Shown piece after piece: positions 29,128 to 39,322 of a DNA stretch of 64,000 bases. The translations under genes were made by a program, and so were the position numbers. The notes under the pieces were generated by a model. The model was not told where the DNA came from and ran no database searches. It saw only the letters and a program-made list of their open reading frames with translations. How positions within the stretch are numbered: the stretch's first letter is position 1; each line of letters opens with the position of its first letter. Origin of the DNA: Candidatus Moraniibacteriota bacterium (GTDB lineage Bacteria; Patescibacteriota; Minisyncoccia; Moranbacterales; UBA1568); assembly GCA_013336285.1 (NCBI GenBank), contig JAAXTX010000003.1, positions 3,448 to 67,447 of the forward strand. The letters run 5' to 3'.

Positions 29128-30888
29128 ATGGAACATGCTACTTCCACACCTGTCCGGGAGCGGTTATTTTCTTCCGCTATGGCAGGAATAGTCACGCTGG
29201 GACTTATCTCCTACGCCTCCGCTGTTGCGGGTATTTTTTTCCATGCGACAGTCCTCATTTTTTCCATTCCCATCATCACCGTGACGCTCATCCTGCTTTT
29301 CAGATGGATCCTTCGCGAAACCATTTCGACAAGAATGATATTCACATGTCTGATCGCTCTTTCCTTCGCGCTTCTCCTGCCGGTTGAACCGTCTGTCTTT
29401 TCGGGTCGCGACCAAGGATCCATCGCCGAGGCCGCGATCGAACTCGCCCATAACGGTACGCTTCATTTTTCCTCCCCGGCCGTAACGACATTCTCCGACA
29501 TTTACGGTCCGGGAAAAGCACTGAATTTCCCCGGCTTCTATTATGATGACAACGGGAAACTGACGACTCAGTTTCCGATCGGCTCCATCTCTTTTCTCGC
29601 AACATTCGTGTCCCTTTTCGGGATCACCGGCCTGCTCGTCGCCAATGGCGTACTGCTTATAGCATCGCTGTCGACCCTCTACGTCCTCGTTCGGACGCTT
29701 GCGAATGAACGTTACGCGGTAGGCACATTTTTCGCCGGTGCCCTTTCCTTCCTACCCTTGTGGTTCTCAAAGTTCACCTTGTCCGAGAATCTCTCCCTGT
29801 TCCTTTTTCTCTTCCTTTCGCTGACCCTCGTCAGATTCCTTCGGAAGCCCGATAGCGCGACATTCTTTGTTTCTTTTTTTCTGGCCATTTTTTTCGCAGC
29901 GACGCGTTTCGAGGGACTTTTTTCACTCGCCGTCTCAATCGTTATACTTTTCCTTACGCCATCTGGACGAAAATTCTCCGAAAAGGACCGACTGATGAGA
30001 CGTATCGTTCCGGTCATCATATTGATCGCAGCCCTATTTATAAACGTGTTTTCCTCGACTCCCATGTACCGAAGCATCGGCAAGGCACTCCTGCAAGACG
30101 GGTTCGCTACGGAGCACCCTATCGGTACGAACGGTTTCGCATCCACCGTCGCTCTATGGAACCTATTCATTCCGTACGGCCTTTTCCTTCCGTTCGTCCT
30201 CGGAATTATCTCTCTTGTCCTGCTGCTCTTCCGAAAACGATTTCTCGCCCTCATTCCGGCTATGCTCGCCATTCCGACCTTTCTCTTTCTCATCGATCCC
30301 ACCATCACTCCGGACCATCCGTGGATGCTTCGGCGGTTCCTATTCTCGCTTTGGCCGACTTTTTTCGTATCCGTTCCGGTCGCTTCTTACCTATTCATAA
30401 AAGACAACAAGAGTCGCGTCATTCGGTCATTACCGATCGCCTTGTTCGTACTTATCGTCATCTTTTCACTTCCGGCGACTACTCGTTCATTTTCCGTGTC
30501 CGAGAATCGCGGACTTATCAACGAGACCTCGACGCTTACACGCCGGTTCGGTAATCGCGATCTCCTCCTTATCGATCGGGAGGCGACTGGAGACCCATAC
30601 ACCATCCCGGCTGGTCCGATACGGTTCCTATACGGGAAAAATGCGGCCTACTTTTTCAATCCTTCAGATTATGAGAAGATTCCAAAGGATCGCTATGATC
30701 ACATCTATCTCCTGACCCCGATAGGAAAAATCCCCTCACAGTCAGATATTCGTGCCACCGTCGGAGAAGTCTCAATCATTCCGTTCTCCTTTCAACGGCT
30801 GGAACGGCTTCCGCTCTCCGTTGCCAGACTGCCGAAACTCGAGACTGTCAGCCAAGACGCCGCTCTCGTAGAACTCAAACCATTATGA
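29128..30888 (+). CDS. Polytopic membrane protein, probable GT-C-like
   Basis: GRDQG first loop, SENL, ATRFEG, DHPWMLRRF; many TMs. Confidence 0.7.
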   Translation: MEHATSTPVRERLFSSAMAGIVTLGLISYASAVAGIFFHATVLIFSIPIITVTLILLFRWILRETISTRMIFTCLIALSFALLLPVEPSVFSGRDQGSIAEAAIELAHNGTLHFSSPAVTTFSDIYGPGKALNFPGFYYDDNGKLTTQFPIGSISFLATFVSLFGITGLLVANGVLLIASLSTLYVLVRTLANERYAVGTFFAGALSFLPLWFSKFTLSENLSLFLFLFLSLTLVRFLRKPDSATFFVSFFLAIFFAATRFEGLFSLAVSIVILFLTPSGRKFSEKDRLMRRIVPVIILIAALFINVFSSTPMYRSIGKALLQDGFATEHPIGTNGFASTVALWNLFIPYGLFLPFVLGIISLVLLLFRKRFLALIPAMLAIPTFLFLIDPTITPDHPWMLRRFLFSLWPTFFVSVPVASYLFIKDNKSRVIRSLPIALFVLIVIFSLPATTRSFSVSENRGLINETSTLTRRFGNRDLLLIDREATGDPYTIPAGPIRFLYGKNAAYFFNPSDYEKIPKDRYDHIYLLTPIGKIPSQSDIRATVGEVSIIPFSFQRLERLPLSVARLPKLETVSQDAALVELKPL

Positions 30889-32051
30889 TCCTTTTCGATG
30901 CCGCATCAATCCTGCCCGGGACCCTTAGGAAACGTTTTCTTATTTTTCAGGCTGTTCTTCTGTTCTTATTCATGGGAGTAGCTTTTTACTTTGGCTTTTC
31001 ACTCCTCTTTCCTTCGCAGGTCTTCACTTATTCATTTAAGAACCCCGATACAGCAAAAAACACACTCGAAATTCCGACCGGAATCGAGTCAGGCGGATCG
31101 AATTTAATAAAGGGGAAAGTGAAGTCGGGCGATAAACTTAACACCTATGCGGGAACCTCGGGAAATTTTTCCTCAGTGAATGTCCGGGTTGGCCTGCGAA
31201 AAGATTCAGACACCCCCAATGATATCAGGATATCTCTCAGACGCTCCTTTCGGTCGTTCTTCTATCCGAACGGTCCGGATGCCGTATCGCCGCCGGAACA
31301 GCGCATACTCGCGATAGACGGCTCACCATATCTGTTCACACAAGAAAAAATATCACCTTTCATAAGTGACGCGGCGGCCTTATCTTGGGCCCCGAAAGAA
31401 AAGGTGCTTCCCAGCAAGAGTGAGATTCTCTCCATCTTCCCACCACAGGATACCATTATGGGATTCCGCCCCGGAACGCTCCTCTCCGACGCACAAGGGG
31501 TCTATGTGATCGACGGTGATAGCAAGGCTCATCCTATCGGTAGCACGTCCGCATTCGAAACTCTCGGATTCCACTGGAACGATGTGCACGCGATCAGTGA
31601 AGAGGAACTCGGGATTCACAAACGAGGAAAGATATTACTTTTCGGTGCGGCGCAACCCGATGGGTCGGTATTCCTCGACCGAACGACTATGCGCTATTTC
31701 CTGATCGAAAAAGGTATGAAAATCCCCGTCGTGAACAAGGACCGTCTCGATACCCTTCTGGGCGTCACGACTCCCATCGAAGCAACGAATGCCGCTCTCG
31801 GAATATCCGCCTCCTGCCATCTGACGCGAAGTTTCATTCTGTTTCAGACGGTATATTCCTGCGACATTCCGATACAGGATCTTCGAGATCTTCCCGGTGG
31901 CAGTTTCGAGTTGTCACTCGACACGGATCGCGAAGTTCATCTCTCCGATCTCTCGCTCAATTTCCGAACAAGTCCGGACAGACAGAATTTCTCACTCTTC
32001 CTCCGTCAATTGAAGGAACGGTTCCAGACGGTCTACGGAAACAAGCGATAG
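30885..32051 (+). CDS. Membrane-anchored surface protein with about 3 short internal repeats
   Basis: N-terminal TM; repeated G..(L/V)....vY.I..g.k.pI pattern. Confidence 0.75.
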   Translation: MILFDAASILPGTLRKRFLIFQAVLLFLFMGVAFYFGFSLLFPSQVFTYSFKNPDTAKNTLEIPTGIESGGSNLIKGKVKSGDKLNTYAGTSGNFSSVNVRVGLRKDSDTPNDIRISLRRSFRSFFYPNGPDAVSPPEQRILAIDGSPYLFTQEKISPFISDAAALSWAPKEKVLPSKSEILSIFPPQDTIMGFRPGTLLSDAQGVYVIDGDSKAHPIGSTSAFETLGFHWNDVHAISEEELGIHKRGKILLFGAAQPDGSVFLDRTTMRYFLIEKGMKIPVVNKDRLDTLLGVTTPIEATNAALGISASCHLTRSFILFQTVYSCDIPIQDLRDLPGGSFELSLDTDREVHLSDLSLNFRTSPDRQNFSLFLRQLKERFQTVYGNKR

Positions 32052-32094
32052 CGAAATCAAATAGCATGGAACCACTATCCGAAAAAGAATCGAT

Positions 32095-32517
32095 ATGAAG
32101 ATCCGTACGATCATGCGCTTCTGGAAAAAGTTCGTCGACCGATCCGTACCGGCGATGCCTTTCGTGTATGCCTCGCTAGTCGAAATCATCGAGTTGTTCC
32201 TGTTTTCCTTCGCGCTTATCATAACCGCTGAAGCCGTGCTTCCCGGCATCTTCTCCCAGAGACTGAACCTCGCGAAACCGTTTCTTGCGATTCTGATACT
32301 TATCGCGATCGCCGGATTCATCGGAAAAAAGACCGGGGTATCGTTTCCGTTCCTTCCCGATAAGAAAAGCGTCTTTACCTGGATCGGCATAGCCTGGCTC
32401 GCTTTCCTCCTCACGCTGTCTTCCATAAAGTTCCCGCCTTTCATCGTTCCAATCATTGTCGGTGCCCTGTTCCTGACCGTCCGCCTCTTCTGGCGGATTC
32501 TTTTCCGAAAAGAGTAA
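32095..32517 (+). CDS. Small 4-TM hypothetical protein
   Basis: Hydrophobic 140-aa ORF followed by a terminator. Confidence 0.7.
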   Translation: MKIRTIMRFWKKFVDRSVPAMPFVYASLVEIIELFLFSFALIITAEAVLPGIFSQRLNLAKPFLAILILIAIAGFIGKKTGVSFPFLPDKKSVFTWIGIAWLAFLLTLSSIKFPPFIVPIIVGALFLTVRLFWRILFRKE

Positions 32518-32535
32518 TGCTTGGAATCGGATGCG

Positions 32536-32570
32536 AAAGAAGGGACGTATCGCATCCCTTCTTTGTTTAT
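32536..32570. terminator. Bidirectional terminator
   Basis: AAAGAAGGGA / TCCCTTCTTT inverted repeat between convergent genes. Confidence 0.65.
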
Positions 32571-32594
32571 GTTTGTTTCAATCGTTCTTTTGTC

Positions 32595-33710
32595 TTACCC
32601 TCTGATACAATCAAGCGTCTTCTCGGCACATCTTTCCCATGAAAACATCTTCACGCGCTCCAATCCCTTTTGGCGGAGTTCGCCGCGAAGTAAGGCGTTT
32701 TCCCACAGAAGAGCGAGCTTCTCCGCTATGTCGTCCTCGAGGTACGGATCGGCATAAAGTGCCGCATCACCTCCGACTTCGGGCAGGCTCGAGACATTGC
32801 CCGTCAAGACAGGCGTCCCTGCCGCGAAGGATTCCAATACCGGAAGCCCGAATCCCTCATATAGGGACGGAAACACGAACAGTCTCGCATTCTGATACCA
32901 TACGGGTAGTTCGTTCATCGGCACCTGACCGACACGGATCACATCACCCGCATCGCCGCTTCGGTCGATTCGCGCGACGATATCATCCGAAAGCCACGCC
33001 TTCTCGCCGACGATCGCCAACTTCATCTCCGGATTTCGCTTCTTAGCCTTCTCGAATGCCCCTACCAGTCGGATAAGGTTCTTCCGAGGTTGTATCGCAC
33101 CCACATAAAGGACATACGAATCAGGAACAAGTCCGTGTCGTGACAGGATCATGTCACGGAACGCGTCATCGGGCCGATCTGAAAAAAACCCAGCATTCAC
33201 GCCGTGATGTATCACATATATCTTCGATTCGGAGACCTGGGGGAAAAAATGCAGGATATCCGTCTTTGTTGATTCCGACACGGCAATAATTCTCGTCGCC
33301 TTACTCATAAGCACCCCGAGAAGCAGATTCAGCTTAGCACGTGCCGCCACCGGAAAGGTCTTCGGAAAGAACCGGAAGGCGAGATCATGAACCGTCGCGA
33401 TTATCTCGATCCCCTCCGGCGTCGCGACCGGTGCTGCCTGTACTGGAATGAATACCCGGTCAGGCCGGATATGATAGAGCGCCTGAGCGAACGCCGTCTG
33501 CATCCACAGACGATCTCCCGGCAATGTGAGAAATTCGTAGTTCGGAAATTCCGGCGGCGCGAGTTCGGGATTGAACTCACTCTTGTGACAGACAAAAAAA
33601 GTATCCTCGGAATCGATGTTACCAAAACGACGAAGCAGTTCACGAATATAGGTCCGTGTACCGTCGACGCGCTTGGCATCCAGATCCGCCGCCTGTACCG
33701 CTATTCTCAT
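32595..33710 (-). CDS. GT4 glycosyltransferase (mannosyltransferase-like)
   Basis: TVHDL, AVSESTK, VGAIQPRKN, FPSLYEGFGLPVLE. Confidence 0.92.
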   Translation of the reverse strand: MRIAVQAADLDAKRVDGTRTYIRELLRRFGNIDSEDTFFVCHKSEFNPELAPPEFPNYEFLTLPGDRLWMQTAFAQALYHIRPDRVFIPVQAAPVATPEGIEIIATVHDLAFRFFPKTFPVAARAKLNLLLGVLMSKATRIIAVSESTKTDILHFFPQVSESKIYVIHHGVNAGFFSDRPDDAFRDMILSRHGLVPDSYVLYVGAIQPRKNLIRLVGAFEKAKKRNPEMKLAIVGEKAWLSDDIVARIDRSGDAGDVIRVGQVPMNELPVWYQNARLFVFPSLYEGFGLPVLESFAAGTPVLTGNVSSLPEVGGDAALYADPYLEDDIAEKLALLWENALLRGELRQKGLERVKMFSWERCAEKTLDCIRG

Positions 33711-33779
33711 ATATTCAATGATTCTTTTCCGTGATACCGCACGTACCCTTGGTGACTTTTCAACAATCGTTACGTTGTC

Positions 33780-35963
33780 TCATTCATGTCGTTCCACGAT
33801 CCGGACGGAACCTGTCTCTATGTCCATCTCAACGATGTCTCCGTCATGCAGGATATGCGTAGCGTTTTTCGTGCCGATAATGCACGGCTTCCCCTTCTCC
33901 CGCGCGATAACGGCCGCATCACACGTTATGCCGCCCTCATCGGTGATGAACCCGAGTGCATGCTCCGCCGCAGGCGCGAATTGCGGCGTCGTCATCGAAG
34001 TGACAAGGATATCACCGCTTTTGACCTTGTCATTTTCCCTCGCGGAACGGAGCACCTTTACACGAGCCCGATAATAACGTTCCGGTCCCCATGATGCGGC
34101 CATGCCCGAGATATCTTCGACTGTATCCGCATTTTTCAAGTCACCAGACACTTTTCTTGACTCCTCCTCTGTGGCTATCCGGATATTTCCATCGCTTGTG
34201 ACCGACACGAACTCACCACCCATTCGGTGCTCGGCGATACCTTTCAATTCGGCTCCGCGCGTTCCGAGATCCCGAAGTTCCTCCGTGAACAGGAATTTCA
34301 AATGACGCGAAGAGATACCCGTACGTACCGATAACTCATCAAGTACCCGCTTATATTCATAGAAAAGCCTGTAATCAATCATTTTCCGATCTTCCGCCCA
34401 CGTCGCCATGTTCCGTAACATTTCCAGCCACCGCTTCTCACGCCTTCCGGAAAAATACGTTTTCCTGATTTGTTCCGCCCTCTGTTTCAGATGATTTCCC
34501 CACTCTTCCATTTCCTTGAACTGTACCTGGACATTTTTTCTTCTTGCCCGATTTTCACAGATCCGATCGAGAAAATAAGTCTCGTCCCAAATGTTCGGTC
34601 CGTCATATCCGAACGGTATCCAATAATAATGTTGGGAAAGTTGTTCCGAAATCGCAGAAAGGATAGGGTCATGCTCAAGCGCGATTTTTAAGATATCCCG
34701 TTCCATTCTCAATACGTAGCTGTCTTGTTTCGGACAGGAGACCGCATCAAGCTCGTCTTCCGGTAACCCTAATGCGACCGTTATTTTTTTCCGGAACGGT
34801 TCCCCGGCCATTGTGAAGGAGAACATGCTTGATGCATCGTATGCCGAAAAAAGGCCCCGTATCCGTTCAGCTATATCGTGCAGTTCATTGTCACTGATAA
34901 CCTCGAAATCATCCTGGCCGATCGTGTCCAGAAAACGCAATGCGTCCTTTTTTGCCGCATCAACCGCCTCGGCTATACGTTCATAGTATCCTTCTTCCGA
35001 AATTAATCGCTCAGCGATATATTCCCCGGTCTCAGCGTATTCCTTCACGGGAACGACCGTCGTCATTATGCCGTCGAAAAATACGTTATACATGACGGAA
35101 AGCGACCTTCCATATATATCACCCGATAGCCGGCTCGTCTGTGCCAACGAATTCCAATAGGCGGGCGAAAGATCGTTTTCCCTCGTTCTCAGTACGAAGA
35201 GATCCTCATCGACAGCGCCGTTCTTTCCGGCCGACTCTCGATCTCCGGGCGTTTTCTCCATGAATTCATATTCCGGGTGTTCCGATGTGAACGAATCAAG
35301 ACTGCCCAGCCATGTCTCGTGGCCATCCACAAGCAGGAACGCCTCAAGACGACGTTCCAGCATATCGGAAAGTGGGATATCGTCAATTTCGTGCGGTAGA
35401 ACCACGCCGGACTGCTCTTTCGATATTCCGGCGACACGTGAAATGCCGTCCCTGACAAATGCATCGTTCACGGCGAAGAAATCGTTGATTTCATCGGCTC
35501 CTACCGGCACTTGATCGGACGCCTTCGACTTCAAGTCTTCAATACCGATACATGAAAAAACGGTCACGCAAAAAGCCGCCTCATACATCGCATCGACATA
35601 CGCTTTGCGGCTCTGCTGTGACGAGAAACCGTCTTCTTGGCGAAGCGCGGCGAGATTTCCGGATGATTTCCGATATTCCTCGAGACATCCCTCGAGGAAC
35701 GCCGGCCCCTTCGTATTTTCCTTGAGAATCCTTTCGGACAACCAAAGCATGCCTTCCCGATGTACCCATGTCTCAATAAGACCGTTATGGACGAAGTGTG
35801 CGACCAAGGGTGGATGAGGATTCGCCTGACCGAAAACGACGCCGCATCCGTGAGAAAGGGCTTTCGCCCACAGTATCTGCGTGAAGAGTGTCGCGTCACG
35901 CGAATCCGATTTCTCGAACTTCAGCGTCAACTCGTCCGTGGCGTCCTTCGACATAATCGTCAT
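33780..35963 (-). CDS. PEP-utiliser mobile (swivel) domain protein, catalytic His replaced by Asp
   Basis: C-terminal GDILVTSMTTP..ITDEGGITCDAAVIARE.GKPCIIGTKNAT..L.DGD; no ATP-grasp or TIM-barrel domain recognised. Confidence 0.85.
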   Translation of the reverse strand: MTIMSKDATDELTLKFEKSDSRDATLFTQILWAKALSHGCGVVFGQANPHPPLVAHFVHNGLIETWVHREGMLWLSERILKENTKGPAFLEGCLEEYRKSSGNLAALRQEDGFSSQQSRKAYVDAMYEAAFCVTVFSCIGIEDLKSKASDQVPVGADEINDFFAVNDAFVRDGISRVAGISKEQSGVVLPHEIDDIPLSDMLERRLEAFLLVDGHETWLGSLDSFTSEHPEYEFMEKTPGDRESAGKNGAVDEDLFVLRTRENDLSPAYWNSLAQTSRLSGDIYGRSLSVMYNVFFDGIMTTVVPVKEYAETGEYIAERLISEEGYYERIAEAVDAAKKDALRFLDTIGQDDFEVISDNELHDIAERIRGLFSAYDASSMFSFTMAGEPFRKKITVALGLPEDELDAVSCPKQDSYVLRMERDILKIALEHDPILSAISEQLSQHYYWIPFGYDGPNIWDETYFLDRICENRARRKNVQVQFKEMEEWGNHLKQRAEQIRKTYFSGRREKRWLEMLRNMATWAEDRKMIDYRLFYEYKRVLDELSVRTGISSRHLKFLFTEELRDLGTRGAELKGIAEHRMGGEFVSVTSDGNIRIATEEESRKVSGDLKNADTVEDISGMAASWGPERYYRARVKVLRSARENDKVKSGDILVTSMTTPQFAPAAEHALGFITDEGGITCDAAVIAREKGKPCIIGTKNATHILHDGDIVEMDIETGSVRIVERHE

Positions 35964-36031
35964 ATCGGGATATTATAGACCGCTATCGTTGCCGCTTGGC
36001 AGGCCCGCTACGCTCCCACGTTTTCATAAGA

Positions 36032-36730
36032 TCACCCCCTTATGACCGTCCCTTCAAAAGACTTTCCCGCGAGATACCTCGACACGTTGTGAAGGTCCTT
36101 TCCTGCCAGGATAGCTACTTCCATGCCCTCCTCTTCAGCAAGTTTTGATGCTATCGGGTCGAACGGCGCGTTCATTCCCGGATTCCACTCGTCTCCGACA
36201 AGCGCACGGAACTCCGGCCACGTCATACGCTCGAATTTCTTCGCGGCAGGATTATTGCGCGGATCCTGGTCATAAACATGGTCGATATTGGAAAGGTTCA
36301 CTATGCGACGAACTCCGAGATATTTTCCAAGCAACGCTGCATCGTAGTCGGTTGAACAACCTGGACGCCAACCGGCTGCCACAAGAACAGGACTTTTCGC
36401 GACGTAAAAATCCTCAAGATCATGCGGATTCGTATTGATCCTGGGATAGGCGTACTCGCGAAGGATCGTCCGGAGCAGTTGAGCATTGAGCCGAGTCGAA
36501 TGGATTCCCATCCAATCCCGATCCTCGTCCGAAACCGATGCGGCCTCGCTCGCCCCCTCGATATACGCCCTCGCCGTCCGACCGCCGCCGGTGACGATGA
36601 TAAACCGGCGACCCGCCGCGATCTCACTCCCGATGAATTCCTTGAACATTTTCAAAAAAACCGAATCGATACCGTCCGGTACTATCAGGGATCCGCCAAG
36701 CGAAACGATAATACGATCTGATTCATGCAT
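36032..36730 (-). CDS. pyrH: UMP kinase (archaeal-type)
   Basis: SLGGS, GGGRTARAY, DWMGIHSTRLNA, PGCSTDYDA, PGMNAPFDPIA. Confidence 0.9.
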   Translation of the reverse strand: MHESDRIIVSLGGSLIVPDGIDSVFLKMFKEFIGSEIAAGRRFIIVTGGGRTARAYIEGASEAASVSDEDRDWMGIHSTRLNAQLLRTILREYAYPRINTNPHDLEDFYVAKSPVLVAAGWRPGCSTDYDAALLGKYLGVRRIVNLSNIDHVYDQDPRNNPAAKKFERMTWPEFRALVGDEWNPGMNAPFDPIASKLAEEEGMEVAILAGKDLHNVSRYLAGKSFEGTVIRG

Positions 36731-36758
36731 ACTGAGGTCGTTTATACGTATTAGACCG

Positions 36759-38003
36759 TCAACGCTTCGCAGGGAAATATCCTTCCAGGTTATCCATGGG
36801 TACCATCACCGACTCGTCCGACGTCCGATTCTTCACCTCGACCATACCGTTTTCGATCGATCTTTTTCCGACGACCATCCTGCATGGAATTCCGATCAGC
36901 TCGCTCTCGGCGAATTTTATTCCCGCTGATTCCGGGCGGTCATCGTACAGGGTTCCGATACCCGCGTCCGTCAATGCCTTATAAACTTTTTCCGCTCCCT
37001 CATCCGCGCCGAGTGATAGCAGGTGCACTTGAAACGGAGCGACCGCTTCCGGCCATACGAGACCTTTTTCGTCGGACAACAATTCGACGACGGTACCCAT
37101 AAGCCGTCCGGGACCGATGCCGTAACACCCCATGATGACCGGTTTCGAAGACCCGTCTTCATCCTTGAATTTAAGTCCGAGCGGCTCGGAAAAACGGGCG
37201 CCGAGCTTGAAGATATTTCCGACCTCTATGGACTTCTTTTGGACAAGTTTCGATCGGTCCAGGCCGAGGTCCACGATCACTTCGTCATTGAAAACTTCCT
37301 CATTGATCGCTATACGTTTCCCCTCATCGATGTAAATGATATCCTCTCCGGCATCGCAAATCGTCTGAAACTCGTGACTGTATCTTGAAAAGACACCTCC
37401 GGAAGCGAACGTCTTATACGTGTGAGTGCCTATTCCGACACGGTCGAAAATCCTCCCGTATGCCAGCGCTGTTTCCTCGTAAAACGCATCCAAACCTTCC
37501 TGAGACCGGGAAAAGGAATATAGGTCCTTCATGAGAAACTCACGCCCCCGCATGATGCCGGATTTCGCCCGCGTCTCGTTGCGAAACTTCGTCTGGAACT
37601 GGTAGACAGCCTTCGGCAGATCACGATACGACTGTATGAACGGCCGCATCATATTGGTGACCGGCTCCTCATGCGAGAACGCGAGTGGTAGTTCGCCTCC
37701 GTTTTTCAGTTTCGTCTTGAACCAGTTATCGACGACCGCGTCGTCGAATCGCCCGGTCGTCTTCCATGTATCGGGATTCTGAAGTGCCGTAAGTGCGACC
37801 TCCTGACCACCGATCTGATTCATTTCCTCGCGGATGATCCCGATGATATTCTCGAGGACCCTTAATCCGAGCGGCAGATACGAATACACTCCCGCCATCT
37901 CCTTATGTACGAACCCGGCGCGAATGAGCAGCTGCGCGTTGCGACTCTCCTCATCCTTCGGTGCCTCACGTCTCGTCTTGGTGAAAAGCTGGCTTTGTCT
38001 CAT
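36759..38003 (-). CDS. proS: Proline--tRNA ligase (short form, no editing insertion)
   Basis: MRQSQLF, GVYSYLPLG, SYRDLP, KFRNE.R..GIMRGREFLMKD, IEVGNIFKLG, MGCYGIG. Confidence 0.95.
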   Translation of the reverse strand: MRQSQLFTKTRREAPKDEESRNAQLLIRAGFVHKEMAGVYSYLPLGLRVLENIIGIIREEMNQIGGQEVALTALQNPDTWKTTGRFDDAVVDNWFKTKLKNGGELPLAFSHEEPVTNMMRPFIQSYRDLPKAVYQFQTKFRNETRAKSGIMRGREFLMKDLYSFSRSQEGLDAFYEETALAYGRIFDRVGIGTHTYKTFASGGVFSRYSHEFQTICDAGEDIIYIDEGKRIAINEEVFNDEVIVDLGLDRSKLVQKKSIEVGNIFKLGARFSEPLGLKFKDEDGSSKPVIMGCYGIGPGRLMGTVVELLSDEKGLVWPEAVAPFQVHLLSLGADEGAEKVYKALTDAGIGTLYDDRPESAGIKFAESELIGIPCRMVVGKRSIENGMVEVKNRTSDESVMVPMDNLEGYFPAKR

Positions 38004-38063
38004 AAACGGGAAAATAATGCGAAGACAGGTTCATAATAGCTTAAAATGAACCCTTACGTCAAA

Positions 38064-38091
38064 GAAAAACCGGCCCGAAAGAGCCGGTTGT
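38064..38091 (-). terminator. Probable intrinsic terminator after the HtrA-like gene
   Basis: AACCGGC..GCCGGTT hairpin with a T tract on the minus strand. Confidence 0.55.
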
Positions 38092-38110
38092 CGTCCGAAA
38101 AAATCCGATA

Positions 38111-39259
38111 CTACAGTTGCACGGAAACATTCGTCTCTTTGCCATCACGAATGACGGTCAATTGCAGCTTTTCACCCTTCGAAAGACGGCCGATAGCGAC
38201 GGAAAGCGGATTGTCCAAATTTATCTCGGAGCCGTTCACGGCGATGATGATGTCGCCGAAACGGATTCCCGCCTTGTCCGCCGGTGAACCGGACAATACC
38301 GTAAGTCCGGTCTTACCGGACGGTGAGAACACCAACGCCCCGCGATCCCGTGTTCCGTCCCCTCCGGCGATCGCGTACGCCTTGGTAAGCGTCCGGTAAT
38401 AGACACCGAGGACCGGTCGAGTGACCAGGGTTCCCGCAACCGCACGTTGCATGGACTCACGTACCTCATTCGATGGCAGGAGATACGGTTTTTCCTGACC
38501 GTCCATGACGACGATTCCGAACAATCCGATCATCTCCCCACGGAAGTTCACCGCCGGACCACCCACATACGCGCCCGCGTTCGCGAGATCGGCTTCGAAA
38601 ACACCCTCCCATTTTTCCGAGGATGCCACCGTCTTACCGGAAAGGTTGAACAGTTTATTCAGATTACTGAGTACGCCGATAGAAAAGCGGTTCTGATACT
38701 CCTCATATGCGTTACCGATGGCGACCAGTTTCTTTCCGGGAGTGGAGTCATCCGAATTCGCGATCGCTATGGCCGGGAACGCATTGCCTTGGATCCGGAA
38801 AAAAACCAAGTCCGTAAGCGGATCCTCGCCGACGAGCACTGCTTCCTGACTCGTACCGTCATGCAACAGCGCATGGTATGTGATACTTCCGGGTTTCCTT
38901 TCGGGTACCGAAAGGGTTCCGGATGTGACGATCAATCCGTCATTGGTCAGCAATACTCCGGTCCGGTTCTTCGCATCCTCCCCATCGCCGGACGGGATGA
39001 TGTTCACTACAGCCGTGGAGGGCTGTGATACGATCGCATCTACGGAATCGTCTTCACGGACCACCATCTGTTCGGTTCTTTCGACAACCGTGACATTACC
39101 TTGCAGACTCCGAAGGAAATCACTCCGAGCCACGGCCGGAAACGAGGAGACAAGATACGGTATGAATCGGTCACGAATCACGATACCGCCGATACCGCCT
39201 ACGACGAACACGGCGAATATCAACAGGCAGACAAGCAGTATTTTCTTGAAATTTCCCAT
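38111..39259 (-). CDS. HtrA/DegP-like trypsin-PDZ protein with degenerate catalytic triad
   Basis: TM anchor, AVVNI, DGLIVT, DPLTDL, GGPAVN.RGEMIG, PDZ GSPADKAGIRFGDII. Confidence 0.85.
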   Translation of the reverse strand: MGNFKKILLVCLLIFAVFVVGGIGGIVIRDRFIPYLVSSFPAVARSDFLRSLQGNVTVVERTEQMVVREDDSVDAIVSQPSTAVVNIIPSGDGEDAKNRTGVLLTNDGLIVTSGTLSVPERKPGSITYHALLHDGTSQEAVLVGEDPLTDLVFFRIQGNAFPAIAIANSDDSTPGKKLVAIGNAYEEYQNRFSIGVLSNLNKLFNLSGKTVASSEKWEGVFEADLANAGAYVGGPAVNFRGEMIGLFGIVVMDGQEKPYLLPSNEVRESMQRAVAGTLVTRPVLGVYYRTLTKAYAIAGGDGTRDRGALVFSPSGKTGLTVLSGSPADKAGIRFGDIIIAVNGSEINLDNPLSVAIGRLSKGEKLQLTVIRDGKETNVSVQL

Positions 39260-39322
39260 ATTCGGACGAAGTGATTCACAATGGTAGCACGCATCGCCTC
39301 TTCCGACAAGACCCGAGCTTCG

